A stretch of DNA of 64,000 nt from an uncultured Methanolobus sp. (GTDB lineage Archaea; Halobacteriota; Methanosarcinia; Methanosarcinales; Methanosarcinaceae), in assembly GCA_963675495.1 (NCBI GenBank), contig OY776215.1, positions 2,400,001-2,464,000 of the forward strand, read 5' to 3'. This document shows positions 9,648 to 18,605 of this stretch, in pieces (position 1 is the stretch's first letter; every line of letters begins with the position of its first letter). The translations under genes and the position numbers were made by a program. The notes beneath the pieces are model-generated. The model saw only the letters and a list, made by a program, of their open reading frames with translations. It did not search any database and was not told the DNA's origin.

Positions 9648-11018
9648 TCAGTGCTCTTTGCGTCTTTTTCTTTTCCTATACAAAGCAAATGCAGCCATTG
9701 TTATCAGTGAAACTGATGCAAGTATTCCAAATCCTGGTGTTGATGTTTCGTCCTTACTACTAATTCCTGTTCCTTCTTCTATAACAGAGCCTAACAAAGT
9801 TTCTGCCATATCAAGGTTATCTGTGGCACGTTTCATATTATGAATTCCAAAGCTGCCGTCAGATTCCACTTCGCTTATGTAGAACAGTGCATTGTTGTAG
9901 TTTTCAAGTTGTGCATCATAACTTGCATTGTTGCTTATCATTGTAAGGGCCATGCTTGCATTTTCTTCAAGGACTTCCAGTTCTTTGAGTTTATTTTTAA
10001 TCGTTTCCTGATTTAAATCTAAAATGTTTGAAAGGGATACATCATGGCAGTCATCGCACTCGTTGTCCACCGGGACATCGTCATGGGACATAACATGGCA
10101 TTTTTTGCATATGTTGCCAGAATTGGGATCAGAAAGTAATGTCGGTTCGAAATTGAATGAGTGTCCTGTATTTGTTATTTCATCTTCTTTTGTCATCATT
10201 GCCATGTGACAATCAATACAGCCAAGGTTGACTGCATGCACCCCGTTGGTGTATATTGACCCGTTGTACATTTCCCACTGTGTGTACCTTACAATGGTTG
10301 TGTTCCCGTCCGGTTCAGCACCGGCGGAATTATGGCAGCTTGCACATAGTTGTGTTGGTGTGGTTCTTATCTTGGTGCTATGTGGATTATGGCATACAAT
10401 GCAGGTAATCCTCCATTCAGTTATGTCCTCTGTATCCGGCATACTGGCCTGGCTTCTGCCATATGGGTCAACATTTCCAATGTTCATCATGGCACCTTCA
10501 GTGCTCTTGCAGGATACACAGGTGCTCCGGTTAAGCACTATTTTGTCTTCAATATCAGATGGCTCCGAATGACTCGCCATCGTTTCCGGATCGAACTCAA
10601 TGCTATCGTATTCGTTCCACTCTTTGTAGACTTCTTCATGTTGTCCTGTATGGCAGTCTCCACAAAGTTCTGCAGATATGTTTGACTGTGGTATTGTTTC
10701 AGAAGGGTTTATGGTATGTGCGTCAAAACCCTCCACAGGAGGCTGGTGACACATTTCGCATTCAGGTGATTCCCACACCACTTCTCCATACTATTTGATG
10801 TATAGGCGTGCTGTACTGGCTCTGTGGCAGGGTAAGCATGATTCTGCATCTGGATTTTCACTACTTAACACTGGTTCGGCGTAGTGACGGGATCCATTCC
10901 ATGCATCATATTCTTCCAGATGGCAAATTTCACAATCTTCTGTCAATGCTGCAGTTACAACTGTTCCTGATAAAACAGCTAATAAAAGAGCAATAAAACC
11001 CCCAGTTACTGATTTCAT
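9648..11018 (-). CDS. Secreted multiheme cytochrome c (9 CxxCH + 1 CxxCK) with PGF-CTERM anchor, containing one in-frame TAG at codon 76 (pyrrolysine read-through or nonsense mutation)
   Basis: ORFs 10791-11033 and 9648-10781 are in the same frame: ...TAC ATC AAA TAG TAT GGA GAA GTG GTG TGG...; GGGTGA RBS and signal peptide only on the upstream part; TPGFG + TM + RKRKRRK tail. Confidence 0.85.
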
Positions 11019-11211
11019 AGCTATCACCCACACTTCTGTAATAAAAGATGTAAATGTCCGGTATATAGGTGTTTGTATGGATATTATGAAATAAACAGAT
11101 CAACGGGGGGATGTGGTGCAACGGAATATGAATTTAAAAAAGGGTATTGGCAAAGTATACGAATACTCTACCTTGAGTTGAAATGTAAATTGAATATCAG
11201 ATCAAATGCGT

Positions 11212-11442
11212 CTAATATCTCTTTGGTGGTCTGTGGTTCTGGAAGCATTCCCTGCAGTACACAGGTCTGCCTTCGGTTGGCTTAAAAGGTACTTCGGTTT
11301 CCTGTTTGCAGTCTGCACAGATTGCCTTGTGCATCTCTCTTGGACCGCTGGATCTGAAGTTTCCTCCGCCGTTTCCGCCTCTGAATCCGCCCTGATTCCT
11401 GTCGTTTCCGCCTCTGAATCCACCGCTTCTATTGTCTCTCAT
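11212..11442 (-). CDS. CxxC-x17-CxxC zinc-binding protein with N-terminal RGG repeats
   Basis: GGFRGGN repeats then MHKAICADCKQETEVPFKPTEGRPVYCRECF. Confidence 0.9.
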   Translation of the reverse strand: MRDNRSGGFRGGNDRNQGGFRGGNGGGNFRSSGPREMHKAICADCKQETEVPFKPTEGRPVYCRECFQNHRPPKRY

Positions 11443-11957
11443 TTATTTGATTTCCTTTGTTGTTTATTTGACCTGTTAACTTCGAGTTAAGATATTTCGC
11501 ATGATTCGTTCTATTTGATTCTTACCAAGTCTACAATTTTGCAGCCGGAACAAACCCACTAATCATAGGATACAAGCGATTGTATTATTTCTCTTGTTAT
11601 GTCTTTGATTGTGACAATGTAGCAGTTTCTATTGAGAAGGGAACCTTTTCCCGTATCTATACGACGCATTCTTTATTTTAGCAATTAACCTAAAAGAAAT
11701 GGCCAAATGGAATTTACTCTTTCTTAACCCGCCTGTAAGTTAACTGTCAATTCAAAATTAAGATTCACAAATATAAATAGCTATGCTTATTTGCTTCAGG
11801 ATGGATTGTATGGATTTTGAAAGAAAGGCTAATCATTATTCTTTTCAATTTTCAGCTTGCATCTATTTTTTTGTTCTATATAAGTGCTCATAAAAAATCA
11901 GATTTAAGTACGAATAATTAATAATGTAATCGAATAGCATTTATTTTGGTGGTATGA

Positions 11958-13259
11958 ATGAAATACAAAAACATAATAACGATATTATTGGCTGTGACTA
12001 TCCTCTTTTCAGGAATGGCTGCAGCAGTAACACTGACCGTTGACGGCAGTGGCGGACAGGATTATCTTACTATTTCTGATGCAGTGAATAATTCTGTTGG
12101 AGATGACATAATTCTTGTGTATCCAGGCGACTATAAGGAAAACGTTGTTATTAGCCATAATCTTTCGATAAAGGGCAAATCAGGCAATCCAGATGATGTT
12201 TCGATAATGGGTTTATCAAGTACTCTAGGTGATGTAACTGCAATGATAGATGATCATATTTTCTCAATTGTTCAGGGCAATGTCACCATCTCCAACGTTT
12301 CGATCAAAGAATATGATGATTACCCACTTCTGGGTTCAATTGATGATGACCGCAGAGCTATCTCTCTCTTTGGTGATGGTGCAAGTGTTACTTTGACCAA
12401 TAGTGTAGTTTCAGGATTCGGACTGGCCGTCGCAGCAACTACTGGCACAGATGCAAAACTGATCAATAATTCCTTTTATGATAATATACAGGCATTCGTT
12501 GGTACAAAATACGCTGTTCCAATAGCTTCTGATATAAGGCCTAGTGATAATCCGGTTGAATTTTCTGTTGTTAACAACAGTTTTTACCAGAATTTTGAAT
12601 GCATCTTTGTAGAACACGGTAACGAAGGATTAATAGCAGACAATGAGTTTGCAGATAATAATCTTGTGATACGCTTAGGTGGTTGCAATGCTAACACAAT
12701 TGAAAATAACACTTTTCAGAACAATTTAGATTCAATTGGGCTCTATGGTTCTTCCGGTGATATAAGAGGTAACTTGATCTTAGGGAACGTTTATGGTGTG
12801 TACGTTGATGATTCTTCTGCACAAATTACAGGGAACATTATATCTGACAACGGAATTGGTATCACGATGGGACGTACTGATGATTTGGAGGAAGTCATTG
12901 TCTATGATAATTACTTTGATAACGATGTCAATCAGGATGATCAAACTGGTGTTATCATCTGGAACACAACAAAGACAGAGGGAACCAACATCATAGGTGG
13001 TCCATATATCGGTGGTAACTATTGGTCAGATTATGAAGGAGTAGACACCGACAATGACGGGCTTGGTAACACACGACTACCTCACAATGGTGATATGTTG
13101 CCGCTGACGGAAGCAGGTTATTTTGAGGATGATGTTCCTGAAGACGATACTCCTGATGACGAGGTACCGGTTGAACAGATTCCGGAGTTCCCAACAATTG
13201 CACTTCCGATGCTGGCTATTATGGGAATTGCACTTGTTTTCGTGAGAAGGAAAGAGTGA
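11958..13259 (+). CDS. Cell-surface protein with right-handed beta-helix (NosD/CASH-like) and PEF-CTERM tail
   Basis: Signal peptide, Asn-rich parallel beta-helix repeats, GGPYIGGNYWSDY motif, IPEFPTIALP-TM-RRKE. Confidence 0.9.
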   Translation: MKYKNIITILLAVTILFSGMAAAVTLTVDGSGGQDYLTISDAVNNSVGDDIILVYPGDYKENVVISHNLSIKGKSGNPDDVSIMGLSSTLGDVTAMIDDHIFSIVQGNVTISNVSIKEYDDYPLLGSIDDDRRAISLFGDGASVTLTNSVVSGFGLAVAATTGTDAKLINNSFYDNIQAFVGTKYAVPIASDIRPSDNPVEFSVVNNSFYQNFECIFVEHGNEGLIADNEFADNNLVIRLGGCNANTIENNTFQNNLDSIGLYGSSGDIRGNLILGNVYGVYVDDSSAQITGNIISDNGIGITMGRTDDLEEVIVYDNYFDNDVNQDDQTGVIIWNTTKTEGTNIIGGPYIGGNYWSDYEGVDTDNDGLGNTRLPHNGDMLPLTEAGYFEDDVPEDDTPDDEVPVEQIPEFPTIALPMLAIMGIALVFVRRKE

Positions 13260-13372
13260 ATTTAGTTACTCATTCCTTTTTCTTTTTTTTAATAGAATGA
13301 TTTTTCTCACTTGTGCTTTAGTTTAATTTCCGATTTATGCCCTAAGCTAAACACAGCATGACATTGTCTAAG

Positions 13373-13444
13373 TGGACTCGGCGGGATTTGAACCCGCGGC
13401 CTTTACGTTGCGAACGTAACGATCTTCCCCTGATCTACAAGCCC
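13373..13444 (-). tRNA. tRNA-Ala (anticodon CGC), intronless, CCA not encoded
   Basis: Reverse complement GGGCTTG TA GATC AGGGGAA GATC G TTACG TTCGCAA CGTAA AGGCC GCGGG TTCAAAT CCCGC CGAGTCC A folds as a cloverleaf with G3-U70. Confidence 0.95.
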
Positions 13445-13500
13445 TAAAAAGTTATAATGTTTGGAAATTAATAAAAAAAAGAAAAAGTAAATGAGAGGTT

Positions 13501-13770
13501 TTAGACAGGTCTTCCGACTTCTGTCACTGTTACGCTCTCAACACCTTCAACTGCTGCAAAAGCCTGTTCTACTAATTCGGTACCGCCTTCGAGGTCACCT
13601 ACGATGACGACCATGATGATGGCCTTAAGTCCGAATGCGATAGGTTCTTCCTTGTGAGTACCGTATTCTGCGCCCTCTGGAAGTGATGCGATGAGGTTGT
13701 CTTTAAGCTCTTCGAGGTTTGTATCGACATCCACAGGCATTATCTTAATAGTTGCTGCAACTTCTCCCAT
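13501..13770 (-). CDS. ef1b: Archaeal elongation factor 1-beta
   Basis: MGEVAATIKIMP...EEPIAFGLKA...VEGVES. Confidence 0.95.
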   Translation of the reverse strand: MGEVAATIKIMPVDVDTNLEELKDNLIASLPEGAEYGTHKEEPIAFGLKAIIMVVIVGDLEGGTELVEQAFAAVEGVESVTVTEVGRPV

Positions 13771-13780
13771 TTAATTCACC

Positions 13781-13948
13781 TCATGCTCCTGAAAATCCGC
13801 ATTTCGGACATTTGTATGGGTTGCTCTGCTGCCTGCAGCTTATACATCTTCCAAGCTCGTTGCCACAAACAGGACATGGGAAGCGTACATAGCCGGTTTC
13901 CACAAGTCTCGTGTTGCATGTGGTACAATTATCGACTTTATTTGCCAT
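13781..13948 (-). CDS. Zinc-ribbon protein, HVO_2753/DUF1610 family (55 aa; not in ORF track)
   Basis: Manual translation [55 protein letters not shown]; four CxxC; conserved position upstream of EF-1beta. Confidence 0.92.
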   Translation of the reverse strand: MANKVDNCTTCNTRLVETGYVRFPCPVCGNELGRCISCRQQSNPYKCPKCGFSGA

Positions 13949-14039
13949 TTAGAATCTCCTTACTATGAATAATATGTGATTAATATAAATACTGAAAAAT
14001 CAGCATGTCAGTGATTTCAGTACATACGCAGTATATAAT

Positions 14040-14672
14040 TTAAATATTCCCCTTGATGTGAGTCCCGATTACATTCTTTCCGATAACAGCGTCAATGACT
14101 CTTTCAGGGTACATTCCGTTGACAACGACACAATCCATCATGTTTTCCATCAAAAATACAGGCAGTGAGCTGTCAATACATGTAATTCCCATCCTTGAAA
14201 GCTCTCTGGCAGTCATCCACTTCTGAATAATATCATCGGCAATAACTCCATCAACATCAGTCACTTTAATAAAACGCGATCCAGTTTCCCGGGCAATCCA
14301 TGCTCCTATGGTATCTGATGTAACATTCCATGAATGTGGTAACTTATCGCTTTCCCTGAGCATTTTGTACGGTAACAACACAGAAACTCCACTTGGAACC
14401 TCCTCTATATTTTCAACAGAGTTGACTCCTGTCTTATCTACAATATAGTGGGCGTATTGTTCCATTGAAAGAATGGCCATCCAGTGAGCTGCATCATCTC
14501 CGATTTCGTATTTTTCACTGATAGTTCTGATAGAATCTGCAAAAACCCCACCACCGGGAACTATGAGTATCGAGTGATCGTTTCCGTTGCTTCTTTCCAG
14601 ATGCTTCAGAGAGTCAACGATAGAATGTGAATACTTCATAATACTTCCTCCAAGTTTCACGACGATCTTCAT
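14040..14672 (-). CDS. mfnE: Amino-acid-kinase-family methanofuran biosynthesis kinase
   Basis: VVKLGGS, PGGGVFAD, AHWMAI, LPHSWNVTSD, TDVDG; clustered with mfnF and mfnD. Confidence 0.85.
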   Translation of the reverse strand: MKIVVKLGGSIMKYSHSIVDSLKHLERSNGNDHSILIVPGGGVFADSIRTISEKYEIGDDAAHWMAILSMEQYAHYIVDKTGVNSVENIEEVPSGVSVLLPYKMLRESDKLPHSWNVTSDTIGAWIARETGSRFIKVTDVDGVIADDIIQKWMTARELSRMGITCIDSSLPVFLMENMMDCVVVNGMYPERVIDAVIGKNVIGTHIKGNI

Positions 14673-14731
14673 AGCAATTGAACCCCCAATATCTTAATTT
14701 CTCTCTTTAGATATGTATATTTCAATCGGAC

Positions 14732-15721
14732 TTATTCTTTTCCTGAAGCATTAGCTTCATCTTCAATAATCTTCGCTGCAGCATATGCAGGGAATACTTT
14801 TGAAACATCCGCTCCCCATTTACTGGCCACAGAAATACATTCAAAACCAAGTATTTCTGCCGCCTCTTTTATGAGAAATTCTCCAAGTCCGGCAGATACT
14901 ATCCTGTCAAGACCATTCCTTTCAGCAACAACTGATATAGCCTGGCTCAAAAGGCTTACCTGTCTTTCCTTGACCTGCTGGGCGATATGGTATATTTCAT
15001 CTGCTGAGATCTCTGTAAGGTCTGCGCATACAACACGTGCCAGTCTTCTCATAGCATCTGTTTTACTCTTGCCTGCGCCATCGGCAGTCTCGCAAGTATA
15101 CAGTTCTTCTGTGATATTTTCTAGTAGTAAGTACGCATCTGCAGTAGTTGAGAATAATTCTGATGCGATATGGCAGTCTCCATCCGCAACGTTTACTTTT
15201 TCAAGCAGGTATGCAAGGTTGGTCCTGAGTGTTCCTGCATAGAACAATTCACTGCGAACAAGCCTTGAGAAGTCAGTTAGGCCTGCCACATGTTTTCCAT
15301 TTTTGATAGGAATAATATCACTGGTCGTGCTTCCTACGTCTACAAAGATACAATCTCCTATCTCCGAGCCAATCAGTCTGGAAGATGCTGCCCAGTTTGC
15401 TGCAGCGAGGTCTCGCAGGTTTCCTGAACTTTCATGGAAATGTCCACTACTATCAATGTATTTAACTTCACAATCAAAAGCATCATTAACAGAACGCATG
15501 ATAAAATCGATACCCTTATCTTTATCTTCAAAACAATCCGCAAGTTCGCCGGTCATGACCACACTGACCTTATCAGGTTTCAATTCCTCTGCAATGTCTC
15601 TCAGAGATGTGGGCAATGTTGTGTCCTTCCACAACGGTATATAATGCAGTTCAATTATCTCTCCGTCAGCGGATGCTATCTTAGTATTAGCACCACCAAT
15701 ATCAATTCCGATTATTTTCAT
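14732..15721 (-). CDS. mfnF: Hydantoinase A-like methanofuran biosynthesis protein
   Basis: GIDIGGANTK, VMTGELADCF, AAANW, DVGSTTSDIIP, TADGAGK, RRLARVVCAD. Confidence 0.88.
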   Translation of the reverse strand: MKIIGIDIGGANTKIASADGEIIELHYIPLWKDTTLPTSLRDIAEELKPDKVSVVMTGELADCFEDKDKGIDFIMRSVNDAFDCEVKYIDSSGHFHESSGNLRDLAAANWAASSRLIGSEIGDCIFVDVGSTTSDIIPIKNGKHVAGLTDFSRLVRSELFYAGTLRTNLAYLLEKVNVADGDCHIASELFSTTADAYLLLENITEELYTCETADGAGKSKTDAMRRLARVVCADLTEISADEIYHIAQQVKERQVSLLSQAISVVAERNGLDRIVSAGLGEFLIKEAAEILGFECISVASKWGADVSKVFPAYAAAKIIEDEANASGKE

Positions 15722-16647
15722 ATGATGTCCTCAATATCATCTTTTGTGAAAGAGCATTCCCCTTCAAGAATTACTGAATCGGGAAGTTTACCAAATACAT
15801 TCATCAGCATAAGTTCTGCAATTTCGCCTTTTAGGGTCTGAACAAGTCCGAATATTGCAGTTGTAGGTCTGGGATTAACATCAATAACATAGGGTCTGTC
15901 CCCATAGACAATATCAATTCCTATGTACCCACTACACCCAAGTGCTTCAACAGTTTTTTTTGCGACCAGAAACACTTCCTCTTCGTAGTCTGTCTTGTAT
16001 GGTACCTGATTGCCTTTGTAATCAAAGATAGTATCATCATTTTCTTTTTTGATGTCGATAAGCTGTTTGTTCAGGCTCAGTGGAAGTGCTCGCTGTCCGC
16101 AGATCATACTCACACTAAGGTGTTCACCTTCAATGTATTCGGTTGCGATATATTCCTCTTCCTCAGTATCCATTTTTTCCGGAAAGGTCATTCTGACCCC
16201 CTCGGATGCGCATCCAAACCTTGGTTTCATGACATACTTCCCTTTGAATCCTTTACTTACTATTCTGGGTGTAGCTATGAAATTCGAGTCAAGGGTCTGT
16301 GTACACATAAGTTTATCAGCACATAGTCGCACAAACTCTGCCGGGCACCCGAGGTTAATAGTGTTCTTTTCTAGAATATCTGTCAGGTCTCCCAGAAGTT
16401 CATCTGGTCCAATTACAAGACCTGCATCATTATTCTTTGCAGCATTTTCAAGTACGTTTTCAAAGTTTTCTTCATTAGATATAATTGCAGTTCCGTTTTT
16501 AAGCTTGCTTTCTGCAGTGAGGTAGGTAACTTCATGCCCAAGGCGATGAAAACTGTCGGCAAGAGTGCTCAACATGGCTTTGCCTTCCAGCAACAGCGTG
16601 CCTTTAAGTCCGATTCCCATTGCATATTCTGCAAGCAGTATTTTCAT
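15718..16647 (-). CDS. mfnD: ATP-grasp tyramine--L-glutamate ligase
   Basis: MKILLAEY...EGKAML, CADK, KPRFGCAS, GYIGID, IDVNPRPTT; overlaps mfnF start. Confidence 0.85.
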   Translation of the reverse strand: MKILLAEYAMGIGLKGTLLLEGKAMLSTLADSFHRLGHEVTYLTAESKLKNGTAIISNEENFENVLENAAKNNDAGLVIGPDELLGDLTDILEKNTINLGCPAEFVRLCADKLMCTQTLDSNFIATPRIVSKGFKGKYVMKPRFGCASEGVRMTFPEKMDTEEEEYIATEYIEGEHLSVSMICGQRALPLSLNKQLIDIKKENDDTIFDYKGNQVPYKTDYEEEVFLVAKKTVEALGCSGYIGIDIVYGDRPYVIDVNPRPTTAIFGLVQTLKGEIAELMLMNVFGKLPDSVILEGECSFTKDDIEDII

Positions 16648-16918
16648 GTTGGTTGCAACTGCACTATTCGATATATCCTTTGCTATTATATGCCTGATCT
16701 TAGAAGGGTGTGTATTTATCAATGATGATAATTTCTTTACAGTGAAACGTCTTATATAGGTGTTGAACTCTACCTCTAAATCATAGAGGTTTTTAGATCG
16801 CTTTTTTCAATATTTCTAAATAATGCTTTCTGAAATTATAATGGCATTATAATTTGATACTGCGTAGTAAATTTTACCGGATTTATGTTATATATCAAAA
16901 ATGTTAATTGTTATATGT

Positions 16919-16938
16919 AGATTGAGTAAGTTCAATCT
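16919..16938. promoter_or_regulatory. Palindromic operator-like site immediately downstream of a TATA-like box
   Basis: AGATTGA-GTAAGT-TCAATCT, perfect 7-bp arms, right after TTATAT (16911-16916). Confidence 0.45.
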
Positions 16939-16939
16939 C

Positions 16940-17106
16940 AGTCGGATATATTTGCGGGTTGGGAAATGGGAGTTTCTCAAATAAAGAGTGGGGTCTTCGA
17001 AAATGCTATCTTTCTAAGCGAAGATAACGTTTTCATGGAATATGTGTACATCTTTTCGGTGGTACACTCAAAAGAGGCAGAGTGTGGTTTCACATCTGCC
17101 TCTTTC
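16940..17106 (+). ncRNA. Candidate structured small RNA or leader (boundaries approximate)
   Basis: Higher-GC island in an AT-rich spacer with three predicted stems, the last AAAGAGGCAGA...TCTGCCTCTTT terminator-like. Confidence 0.3.
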
Positions 17107-17157
17107 TATACTATATAGGTAAAATATCTCTATGGCTTAACTTAAGGGGTACTAAAA

Positions 17158-17292
17158 ATGGGGTTATTGAAGAAATGTCCGGAGTGCAATAATGCATTTC
17201 AGGATGATGGAAAAGACGTACAGTTTTGTAAGGTATGTGGGTACTGGACAAAGAAAAACACTGCAAGAATAGATTTTTTAGTGATGTGTTAG
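17158..17292 (+). CDS. Zinc-finger microprotein (44 aa; not in ORF track)
   Basis: MGLLKKCPECNNAFQDDGKDVQFCKVCGYWTKKNTARIDFLVMC; AGGGGT RBS; two CxxC. Confidence 0.7.
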   Translation: MGLLKKCPECNNAFQDDGKDVQFCKVCGYWTKKNTARIDFLVMC

Positions 17293-17308
17293 TGTGAATA
17301 ATTTAAAA

Positions 17309-17434
17309 ATGGAAACCGATGTAAAAATTTCCTGCACATTTTGCGGGAACGCATTGAAAAAACAAAAACTAGGTTCTAACTACATATATTATTGTTCGCA
17401 ATGTGGTAGTATGACCAGCTCTGATTTATTTTGA
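17309..17434 (+). CDS. Zinc-finger microprotein (41 aa; not in ORF track)
   Basis: METDVKISCTFCGNALKKQKLGSNYIYYCSQCGSMTSSDLF; two CxxCG; 16 nt after the previous ORF. Confidence 0.65.
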   Translation: METDVKISCTFCGNALKKQKLGSNYIYYCSQCGSMTSSDLF

Positions 17435-17699
17435 AATAGATTAAATAAATGATTAATTTCAGGGATTTCTTTTCATTTATTAATGAAAAATTCTAAAAGA
17501 TCAGCTGGTATATTTTCTTTTTATGTTTTCCGTGGTTTTGATTCATTATCGTGTGCCCATGGAAATGCTTATGTTGCTAGGTTACATAACTACAATTAAG
17601 GGGTTGCTGGGTAAAAGGCCTTCATAAGTTTCAGTCCATGATCTAAGGCAAGCCACATGCAATAGTTTCAAACTCGAACATTGGAATGGGGGTCGTTGT

Positions 17700-18485
17700 A
17701 TAAGACGTTCACTGCTTGATACAATATTCATGTCAGAAAAAAGGAAGAACCTTATGTTATTTCTCAGAGATGGTCCTCGGGAGATGGATGAGATACTTGA
17801 GGTTCTTGGCGTCACAAGGCATGCATTACTGCCTCAGATAAAGATATTGTCTGAGAAAAGGCTAGTGGTAAAAGAAAAAGGTGTGTGCCGGCTTTCAGAA
17901 ATAGGTGAGATTATAGTAGAGGATATGGTGCCGCTTGTAGGAACTTTAAAACTGCTTGAGGGTAATTTTGATTATTGGACAAAGCATGAACTCAGTTCAA
18001 TTCCTCCTCACCTTCTTAATAGAATACGGGAACTGGTACACTGCGAGATAATGGAGCCTGATCTAAATGACATGTTTGAACTTAATACTGATTTAATTGA
18101 AAAAGCGCTTGAGTCTAAATTTATTATGGGGGCTACAGCTTTTTTACACCCTGCTTATCCTTCATTTCTTTTGGATTTGGTGAAGAACGATGTCGATGTT
18201 TCTATTATCATGACTGAATCTGCATTGAAAAAACTTAAAGTAGATTACGAAGCTGAGTTCAAAATGTTCTTGAATAATGGGAACGCAAAATTATTCGTCT
18301 ATCCTGATGATATGAAACTTGCCTCACTTTTTCTTACGGAAAAGTATCTGATGATGTGCCTTTTTGACCAGAACGGCAATTATGATCGCAAGGACCTTGT
18401 ATTCTGCAATGAACTTGCATTGCACTGGGGCAAAGAATTGTTTGATCACTATCTTTCAAGATCACATCCAATATTGGACTTGTAA
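17700..18485 (+). CDS. Winged-helix transcriptional regulator with DUF1724-type C-terminal domain (first ATG at 17730; probable true start ATA at 17700)
   Basis: SEKRKNLMLFLRDGP...LLPQIKIL wHTH, YWTKHELSSIPPHLLNRIREL, ALHWGKELFDHY. Confidence 0.85.
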   Translation: MRRSLLDTIFMSEKRKNLMLFLRDGPREMDEILEVLGVTRHALLPQIKILSEKRLVVKEKGVCRLSEIGEIIVEDMVPLVGTLKLLEGNFDYWTKHELSSIPPHLLNRIRELVHCEIMEPDLNDMFELNTDLIEKALESKFIMGATAFLHPAYPSFLLDLVKNDVDVSIIMTESALKKLKVDYEAEFKMFLNNGNAKLFVYPDDMKLASLFLTEKYLMMCLFDQNGNYDRKDLVFCNELALHWGKELFDHYLSRSHPILDL

Positions 18486-18605
18486 TATCACGAAAAAGTT
18501 TTTCCTCTTTTAATTCCGAGTAATCACATACTGCTTTTTATATTTATAGTATGTAACTATATATTAACAATGGATATATACTATGATTACCGATAGAGGA
18601 CTGGG

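Noticed and set aside
10700-10790. PYLIS-like hairpin downstream of the cytochrome TAG
   Set aside because: Only short 4-5 bp pairings (GGTG/CACC) visible by eye; not convincing without folding software, and PYLIS is not required for Pyl insertion
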